Shown here: positions 57,458-64,000 of the stretch, piece after piece | Layout of the letters: each line of letters begins with the position of its first letter | Position numbering within the stretch: the stretch's first letter is position 1 | Sequence record: PV654397.1 | Strand: one strand, 5' to 3' | Length of the DNA: 64,000 nt | Made by a program: the position numbers and the translations under genes | The notes under the pieces: generated by a model | Databases searched by the model: none | Seen by the model: the letters and a program-made list of their open reading frames with translations, nothing else | Told to the model about the DNA's origin: nothing

Positions 57458-58080
57458 AAGTCTAAGTCTATACCCTTTTCAAATGATTTCTCTAGAACCC
57501 AAAGTTTACATTCTTCACTCTCCAAATGCATCTTTGCCTCTTTCTGTTGTTCTATTGTACAAGACTTTATAAATTCACGCAAGGCTTCTATTGTACTTTT
57601 TATATTTTTTATGTCTTCCAGAATTGTTTCTTTGGCTTCAGCATCAATTACAGATGAACTCCACCCGTGACGTTCTTCCCAAACTGTTTTTGCTGGATTG
57701 TAAATTGATGATGTAGAAATGACTGCATGGATCTTATTAAACGTATCGTCTGCTTCTTGTTGGGTGTAATCACCATAAGTGTTTAGCACATTTTTGTATA
57801 GTTCATCGATTGCCTCATCATAAGTATCACCACCGCAATCTAACTCATAATCATGTGCTTGTACCCATTCATCATCTTGCTCAATGTACATAGGTGAGAT
57901 GAATTCTACCCAAAATTGTGTCTTTGTATTCAGAGCTTTAAATGATTCAATGCGGTTTGTGATTGGACACACATCATGTGGTTCGATATCAATCCTTGGG
58001 GGAACCATATCTCTGTTGATGAATTTAGGATGACCCAAAATCCACCAGTACTTTTCAGATGTAGTCATAGTAATCTCCAA
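57454..58080 (-). CDS. Hypothetical protein
   Basis: 208-aa ORF with ggag RBS. Confidence 0.75.
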   Translation of the reverse strand: MEITMTTSEKYWWILGHPKFINRDMVPPRIDIEPHDVCPITNRIESFKALNTKTQFWVEFISPMYIEQDDEWVQAHDYELDCGGDTYDEAIDELYKNVLNTYGDYTQQEADDTFNKIHAVISTSSIYNPAKTVWEERHGWSSSVIDAEAKETILEDIKNIKSTIEALREFIKSCTIEQQKEAKMHLESEECKLWVLEKSFEKGIDLDL

Positions 58081-58113
58081 TTAAAAAGTACTGCCACTAT
58101 AACAGTACTGATA

Positions 58114-58473
58114 TTAAATGTAACGTTTCTTTTTATAATCATACCCTACTTCTTTGTAAAAGTCAAACAAAGAAGCATGGGTAAACGTAGGTAACAGATC
58201 ATATGGGTGCTGATAGTTCGCAATACCAACAACTGCCAGCATTGATTCAGCCGTTCTGGAATTTTCACTATCCCATTCATCTAAACGCCACAGTGAACAA
58301 AGAACTTCACGTTCGTGTTGCTTACCAAGAAAGAATTCAGCTTCACGGTCACGAAATGCACCTACGCTGATAGTACTTTTGTACCAGTCTTTCTCACCAT
58401 AAGCTGGCATACGGATAATGTGTTTTTCTTGAGCTTCACCAAAGCGATGAAGAAATGCCACATAATCACTCAT
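58114..58473 (-). CDS. Hypothetical protein
   Basis: 119-aa ORF. Confidence 0.7.
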   Translation of the reverse strand: MSDYVAFLHRFGEAQEKHIIRMPAYGEKDWYKSTISVGAFRDREAEFFLGKQHEREVLCSLWRLDEWDSENSRTAESMLAVVGIANYQHPYDLLPTFTHASLFDFYKEVGYDYKKKRYI

Positions 58474-58640
58474 AACTTATAACCCATTACTGGTTTTGAA
58501 TAATCAGGTTCATAAAACTTTTCAGTACTGAACCCTCTGAAATTACCACGACCTGGCTTCGGACAAGCCATCCCTTCTACACCGTGCTTACCCTGAACCT
58601 TTCCGCAGTTTTTGCATTTGTATCCAATAACTTCTTTCAT
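58470..58640 (-). CDS. 56-aa putative zinc-binding micro-protein
   Basis: MKEVIGYKCKNCGKVQGKH...ACPKP; ATGA overlaps at both ends. Confidence 0.65.
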   Translation of the reverse strand: MKEVIGYKCKNCGKVQGKHGVEGMACPKPGRGNFRGFSTEKFYEPDYSKPVMGYKL

Positions 58641-58870
58641 TGTGCATCCTTTGGAATAGTGTTAAGGCGTGTACGGTTTACAATCTTCCTGCACATGAGA
58701 TTAAGATCTTGCCCATGACGCATCTCATGGCAAGCATACAATGTGCCATCATAGTTAAGTTTAGTCAAATTCTGGCGAATGAACTCTGCATCAGCCTCCT
58801 GAACTTTAGGTGCACATCCACAAAGAGTAATGGACACAAATACTGTTAACGTACTGAATATATTTTTCAT
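58637..58870 (-). CDS. Putative lipoprotein
   Basis: MKNIF..., lipobox-like TLCGC. Confidence 0.6.
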   Translation of the reverse strand: MKNIFSTLTVFVSITLCGCAPKVQEADAEFIRQNLTKLNYDGTLYACHEMRHGQDLNLMCRKIVNRTRLNTIPKDAQ

Positions 58871-58881
58871 GATATTTTTTC

Positions 58882-59262
58882 TCATTGAGTAAAGCATGTA
58901 TTATTGTCAATAAGTTCGTTAATAACAGTTTGAACTTCAATAGAATTGATATCAACTTTATAATAATTATAGTTTTTAACTCTAAAATGTTCTTTAGTGA
59001 TATCAACATTGAAATCAATTATTTCCAAATTACCAATATATTCAGATTTGTTTGTTCTCAAATCTATAAATGAAGATTCGGCTTTTTCTGGCTTACATAA
59101 TAATAATTTATATTTTTCTGGTTCCCATGAAAAATTAAACAGATCATAATAATCATCAATAACAAAACGAATATTATCAGTACTTAATTTTTGTGATTTA
59201 CCTTTTTTATACACAGCTACTATTTTTAAATCAAACGTTTTTCCATAACGGGTAATTTTCAT
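58882..59262 (-). CDS. Hypothetical protein
   Basis: 126-aa ORF. Confidence 0.65.
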   Translation of the reverse strand: MKITRYGKTFDLKIVAVYKKGKSQKLSTDNIRFVIDDYYDLFNFSWEPEKYKLLLCKPEKAESSFIDLRTNKSEYIGNLEIIDFNVDITKEHFRVKNYNYYKVDINSIEVQTVINELIDNNTCFTQ

Positions 59263-59265
59263 AAT

Positions 59266-59445
59266 TTAATCACCTATACATAAGTACTCGATTGATGGTT
59301 TACCATTAACTAACACAATACCAGTGTGAGTTAATACACAGTTCGTTGGTGCTTCTTCAAATACTGATACGTAAATGTATGAACCATTACTAACTGAACA
59401 AGATAATACCATAAGAACGGCGATTAGTACAAGTAAAATTTTCAT
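59266..59445 (-). CDS. 59-aa putative lipoprotein/membrane peptide
   Basis: MKILLVLIAVLMVLSC signal-like N-terminus. Confidence 0.55.
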   Translation of the reverse strand: MKILLVLIAVLMVLSCSVSNGSYIYVSVFEEAPTNCVLTHTGIVLVNGKPSIEYLCIGD

Positions 59446-59451
59446 ATGAAC

Positions 59452-60099
59452 CTACTTTTTTGATTTATGTAATGCAATTTGTACTCGCGTAATGAACTCA
59501 CGCTCTACTTCATCTGAATTAACACCATCATATTGTGTTTTGAATAGTTCCATAGCTTTGATAGCCATTTGCACAGAAAGATCAGCAATACTTTCAGTAC
59601 TGGTAGTCTCAAATACATTTTTGAGGCTTAGTTCACCATCATCAATACATTCTTTAGGTTTGTTGATTTCTGGTTCTTGGATGTATCGTAATGCTTTGTA
59701 TTCTGCTTTGGACAGTTTTCCAGTCCATCTTGGATCATTGAACAAGTCATGCATTGTAATGCCAGCTTCACCCATTAGGTGTACTAACTCTTCATTTCGG
59801 CGAATATGCTTTTCTTCATCTTTGAAATTTTTGTAAGTGTAAGCACAACGCATGATAGCCAAACGTACTTCACCACTTTTAGTAATTGTATACGTATGAA
59901 TTGCATTATCGTAGTCACTTTCCCATTGTTGACCCGCATATTCGTACCAAAGGTCATTTGTCTCCCAACGGAGCATTTTACCTTCTAGTAGCTCGTCAAT
60001 CATTTTAGCCATGTTACCATGATATTCACAACTGGTAATATTAAATCCACCATTGTACTTTGCAAGGTACAGAATCTTTTCTTGTGATACATTTTTCAT
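59452..60099 (-). CDS. Hypothetical protein
   Basis: 215-aa ORF. Confidence 0.75.
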   Translation of the reverse strand: MKNVSQEKILYLAKYNGGFNITSCEYHGNMAKMIDELLEGKMLRWETNDLWYEYAGQQWESDYDNAIHTYTITKSGEVRLAIMRCAYTYKNFKDEEKHIRRNEELVHLMGEAGITMHDLFNDPRWTGKLSKAEYKALRYIQEPEINKPKECIDDGELSLKNVFETTSTESIADLSVQMAIKAMELFKTQYDGVNSDEVEREFITRVQIALHKSKK

Positions 60100-60437
60100 T
60101 ACATGTAATCCTTGATGTATTTTAGCAGTTTAGATTTCTCTTCGGTACTTAATGATTTCTTGTTCATCAAGTGTTTCATTTCTTGACGTTCAATTTCTTC
60201 ACATATTTTAGATTCAGCTTCAATTCGTGCATGGTATTCTTCGTCAGTTTCTTCTCTGGTCCAAATTACATTGTATCCATGAAAACCGCCGTAACCACCG
60301 TCTGGTGTAAGACTAATGTGACCGTTATATTCAGCACGATACTTATTAAGAGTGTCAATAAAGGTATCAATGCCACACGGTTCAATTTCAATATAACCAA
60401 TCACTACAGTAACTTCAATTTTGTTCATAAAGTTCAC
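60099..60437 (-). CDS. Hypothetical protein
   Basis: 112-aa ORF, REETDEEY..RI motif. Confidence 0.7.
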   Translation of the reverse strand: MNFMNKIEVTVVIGYIEIEPCGIDTFIDTLNKYRAEYNGHISLTPDGGYGGFHGYNVIWTREETDEEYHARIEAESKICEEIERQEMKHLMNKKSLSTEEKSKLLKYIKDYM

Positions 60438-60446
60438 CTATAAAAT

Positions 60447-60467
60447 TAGGGAGCATTAGCTCCCTTT
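60447..60467 (-). terminator. Hairpin/terminator
   Basis: agggagc-atta-gctccct. Confidence 0.55.
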
Positions 60468-61013
60468 GTATTGATGTTTACGTTTTGTACTGTATTTCCA
60501 GCCAGTACTGTGTCTTGTTCTGATATCGTCCCAATACGATGGTAATGAACGCATCTTACGTCTTCCACGTATTTCAGGTTCCCCCTCATCCTTCAGTACT
60601 GCACAAGCCATACGACGCTCTTGTTGGGTCTTAGGACGTTTGTATCGGGAGTGGTTATGTTTGTACATATACGAACGCTTGTGTCGCCATTCAGTGTCAC
60701 GAGCATTTCGTTTATGCTCCCAGTACTCATTATAGAGTATCATGTATTCACCCATAAGTAAATCAGGAGATACAAGTAATCCTTTTTCAGTACAAAGATA
60801 ATAACCTACGAACTTTTCTGGATACATTTCGTAATAGAAACGGTTCTTCCAAAATGTTTCACGATTCTTTTTGTTGAATTCAGCTAAATCGAATTTCATC
60901 TTACTGTGGAAACGGTCTATACCATCATGTTCCGCAATGTACTCTAACAGATTATCAATAATCTCAACTTTACCTGAATCATGGTACAACGTAAATGTTT
61001 GGTCAAAAAACAT
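60456..61013 (-). CDS. Phage protein with Arg/Lys-rich C-terminus
   Basis: RPKTQQERR...RGRR..RSLPSYWDD...GWK; AGGAG RBS. Confidence 0.75.
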   Translation of the reverse strand: MFFDQTFTLYHDSGKVEIIDNLLEYIAEHDGIDRFHSKMKFDLAEFNKKNRETFWKNRFYYEMYPEKFVGYYLCTEKGLLVSPDLLMGEYMILYNEYWEHKRNARDTEWRHKRSYMYKHNHSRYKRPKTQQERRMACAVLKDEGEPEIRGRRKMRSLPSYWDDIRTRHSTGWKYSTKRKHQYKGS

Positions 61014-61107
61014 ATATTTCTCCTTTAAGTTAAACTAACCTAATGGAATGTCATTCTTCCTTTACTACATGTTCTCATGGTTTAATCCTTTTGTCAATAT
61101 CTAGAAA

Positions 61108-61134
61108 GAAAAAATCCCTGCCAAAAGACAGGGA
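61108..61134 (-). terminator. Intrinsic terminator
   Basis: atccctg-ccaaaaga-cagggat with a minus-strand U tract. Confidence 0.65.
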
Positions 61135-61238
61135 TGAAAAACTGAAATAACACATGGAGTTCTTTTTAAATTAATAAAAAGTATTATTATTCTTATGAAA
61201 GTATTTATCATGAACTCCAGTTTATTGCTTCAAATGAA

Positions 61239-61427
61239 TCAATAACCTTTTTGTGCTACTAGCTCACGGTATTGAGCACGAGTTAGAACACCTTGTTTAC
61301 GTAGAGCTTGAAGACCTGTTAGGGTTTCTGCTTTACGTAGTTCGAAAATACGTTGTTCTTTAGATTGAATAACTTTAACTTTCTTAACTTTTGCTACTGG
61401 TTCTTTTTTCTTAGGTTGCTTTGCCAT
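61239..61427 (-). CDS. Small very basic protein, possibly DNA-binding
   Basis: Lys-rich 62 aa; ggag RBS. Confidence 0.7.
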   Translation of the reverse strand: MAKQPKKKEPVAKVKKVKVIQSKEQRIFELRKAETLTGLQALRKQGVLTRAQYRELVAQKGY

Positions 61428-61493
61428 GAGTATTTCTCCTTTGTTGTTAATAACATTATTATATCATGTATGGGACGAATGTCCCACACATTA

Positions 61494-62933
61494 TTACATA
61501 TTTTCTTCAGCAAATTCTGCCAGTGGTGAACGAACGACACCTTCTAGTTCGATTACACGACAACCGTCCCAGTTCTTGAACTTCTCGGTAACATAAGTTA
61601 GACCGCTGTTTACTGGACTAATGAACTTAGAGTCAATCTGACTCAAGTTACCCATAATAACCACTTTACAGTTCATTCCTGCACGAGTCAAGATTGTTTT
61701 TGCCTGAGCAGGTGTGATGTTCTGGAATTCATCAACTACTAGGATAGTATTTGTGAAAGAACGACCACGAACGAAGTTTAGTGCTTTGAACTGGATAACA
61801 TTGCGTTTCATGATTTCTTCGATACTGCCTTGTGGGTTAGCATCATCTTTGTGTAGGAATTCCAACGCATCAATTGCTGCACCACAGAAAGGAATCACTT
61901 TCTCTGCTTCAGATCCTGGTAAGAAACCAATGTCTTCGAATTGGGAATCTTGTGTTTTGGAGAAGATGATACGGTCGTATTTTTTCTTCTCTAGTACTAG
62001 CTCTAGTGCAGTTGCAATAGTGATTAGTGTTTTACCAGTACCTGCTGAACCTAACAGTACTGTTAGATGAACATCAGGATCTAAAATACTGTTGATTGCT
62101 AGTGCTTGCTGAATATTCTTAGCCTTGATATCCCACACTTTAGCACGTAAAGCAACTGATTGTCCAACGTCCTGGAATACAAGAATATCTTCTGGTGTTA
62201 ACGTACCATCGTCTTCTTCAATTGCAGATTGACCTTCGTACACAAATAGAACATCAGCATTATCATATAGGTAATCACCGATGCAAACATTTTGTGGCAT
62301 GATATGATCAATCAAGCTTTTAGGAATGTAGTGATACAAACGGCGACCAACTTGTTCAGATTGGATAGACACATCAGTTAGATTGCTATACACATCCCAA
62401 AAATCTAGGTCTAGGTGATGTTGACCAATGTGAATCAAATCACTATCACCAATCACGATATCATGACGGTAATCTTGAACTTCTACCCCGTAGCTTAGAG
62501 CCTTGATACGCATGTTGATATCACGGGTAACCAGTACTGAATCAGTTGCTAATGCTACTAAAATGATTTTATCATCTGGTACTGTGCTTTTTAGAAGAGT
62601 TTGAACTTTCTCTTCGTTACCAGCAGTACGAATTAGTGCTTCAGCTTCTTCGCTTGTAATAACAAACAATTTGCTTTCAGGACTCATATTAGTATGAACA
62701 TCAGCAATATTAACACCAGTACTACTAATTTCTTCATGTGATGCATCAGAAAGGATTGCTTCAATGTTACGGATTGCAACACGAGCATCACGGGAAACAT
62801 CCACATTACGACTTTTGATTGAATCCAATTCTTCAAGTACTGTGAACGGTAGAATGATAGCTGCTCCATCAAAAGCAATGGTAGCATTTGGATCAGATAG
62901 TAGTACGTTTGTGTCAATTGTATATTTTTTCAT
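61494..62933 (-). CDS. phoH: PIN domain-PhoH ATPase fusion (PhoH2-like)
   Basis: IDTNVLL, EELD..K, DDKI, TRDINMR (PIN); GSAGTGKT, GFLPGS, RGRSF, DEFQN, GN..QID (PhoH). Confidence 0.92.
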   Translation of the reverse strand: MKKYTIDTNVLLSDPNATIAFDGAAIILPFTVLEELDSIKSRNVDVSRDARVAIRNIEAILSDASHEEISSTGVNIADVHTNMSPESKLFVITSEEAEALIRTAGNEEKVQTLLKSTVPDDKIILVALATDSVLVTRDINMRIKALSYGVEVQDYRHDIVIGDSDLIHIGQHHLDLDFWDVYSNLTDVSIQSEQVGRRLYHYIPKSLIDHIMPQNVCIGDYLYDNADVLFVYEGQSAIEEDDGTLTPEDILVFQDVGQSVALRAKVWDIKAKNIQQALAINSILDPDVHLTVLLGSAGTGKTLITIATALELVLEKKKYDRIIFSKTQDSQFEDIGFLPGSEAEKVIPFCGAAIDALEFLHKDDANPQGSIEEIMKRNVIQFKALNFVRGRSFTNTILVVDEFQNITPAQAKTILTRAGMNCKVVIMGNLSQIDSKFISPVNSGLTYVTEKFKNWDGCRVIELEGVVRSPLAEFAEENM

Positions 62934-62994
62934 AAAACATCCTTGAGTTATGAGTACATCCTTGTACTCGACTAATGGTTAGTGACTCGGAATA

Positions 62995-63297
62995 TTACAT
63001 GCTCGGTTCGTATTCAACATAACATCTTGAACCACGAGCCTTTTCCTCCCAGCATTCTTGGTAAACTAGTTGACCAATTGATACTGGATCTCTTGATAAC
63101 CCATTACGAACTTCACCAGTACTGGTTTTATAAGTAAATGAGCATTTATTTTCATTACATTGACCTAATCCTATTACAGTCGCTGTATTGTAATGAATAT
63201 TATAACGTTTAGTGTTCTCATGATATGAACTGAACCACAGAACACCTATACCTAATAGCGTTGTGCAAATAAGACTCTTAATATGTGTTGAAATCAT
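62995..63297 (-). CDS. Membrane-anchored hypothetical protein
   Basis: N-terminal TM helix and Cys pairs. Confidence 0.65.
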   Translation of the reverse strand: MISTHIKSLICTTLLGIGVLWFSSYHENTKRYNIHYNTATVIGLGQCNENKCSFTYKTSTGEVRNGLSRDPVSIGQLVYQECWEEKARGSRCYVEYEPSM

Positions 63298-63614
63298 AGT
63301 GCATTAAACCCATTAGTTAAGTAAGTTTCAATATTAACTTTCCCTACTGGATTACTACTATGTACATAGTATTTAAATGGTTCTTTAATATTATGCTCAA
63401 ACATATAATCAATTAGAAATTTGGCAAAAGTGTATCCCGTTTTCTCATCTGTACTCAAGTCGCCCAAGTCATGGTCAAATGAGACAAATGCTGGAATTCC
63501 ATTTTTGATTACGTATTCACATGCACTTTCGTAGTCACGACACAATACCATCTCTTGGTCAGGATAATATTTTTGATAATCACGAATATCATCCAAGAAC
63601 ATTGAGTACGACAT
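63294..63614 (-). CDS. Stand-alone receiver-like protein (cyclic-phosphate-processing receiver family)
   Basis: FLDDIR, SFDHDLG, KTGY, HSSNPVG. Confidence 0.75.
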   Translation of the reverse strand: MSYSMFLDDIRDYQKYYPDQEMVLCRDYESACEYVIKNGIPAFVSFDHDLGDLSTDEKTGYTFAKFLIDYMFEHNIKEPFKYYVHSSNPVGKVNIETYLTNGFNAL

Positions 63615-63623
63615 TTTAAACTC

Positions 63624-63938
63624 CTATAGATAGCTGATTAGTAAGTTTTCTTTTTGTACAAGATACTCTAATTCTTGTTTCGCAGTTCCGATGAAGTTCT
63701 GTGTCATAAGATTATTATATCCTGCTTCTCGATTTTGTCCCTTCGAATAACGAGAGATGTGACATAAATTTACACCAGCCACCTCTGCACTAGCATGTTT
63801 GCCATATGCATAATTATCACGAAGTTTTTTAAGTTCAGCATAAGTCATTTCATAACTATAGCTATGTGAGTGACCCTCTGGAAACAATTCAAGTGATTTT
63901 AATGGAGACAGGCGACTTTTGTCAATGATATAGTTCAT
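63624..63938 (-). CDS. Hypothetical protein
   Basis: 104-aa ORF. Confidence 0.65.
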   Translation of the reverse strand: MNYIIDKSRLSPLKSLELFPEGHSHSYSYEMTYAELKKLRDNYAYGKHASAEVAGVNLCHISRYSKGQNREAGYNNLMTQNFIGTAKQELEYLVQKENLLISYL

Positions 63939-64000
63939 TTCTTCTTGTACTTCACGTTGTAACGCATCTTCTAATGACTTATCAGTACTTTCAACTGTTC

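Overview
AT-rich 64 kb segment of a T4-related jumbo myovirus genome. An 887-aa tail sheath, three tube-like genes, neck and head-completion genes suggest a Rak2/GAP32-like enterobacterial phage (inference, no search run). Bases 1-7729 (+) encode a giant Gly/Thr/Ser/Val-rich fibre and two other tail genes; almost everything else is on the minus strand. The window holds nucleotide metabolism genes (thyA, dNMP kinase, tdk, nrdD/nrdG, glutaredoxin), a MoxR-like AAA + HExxH/vWA pair, translation/RNA upkeep genes (CCA enzyme, HPF, PTH2-like, 2H phosphoesterase, RlaP-like nucleotidyltransferase), lysis genes, PIN-PhoH and many small paralogous hypotheticals. No tRNA, rRNA, CRISPR array or integrase was seen. 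Four observations stand out: (1) a promoter- and terminator-bounded, GC-raised, hairpin-dense non-coding element of about 0.5-0.65 kb at 40.15-40.8 kb; (2) strong over-representation of the palindrome AGTACT; (3) three genes each broken by a +1 shift compatible with an extra C before a Gly GGN codon, which is either recoding or a systematic sequencing error; (4) an acyl-carrier-protein-like ORF with Trp replacing the phosphopantetheine Ser.
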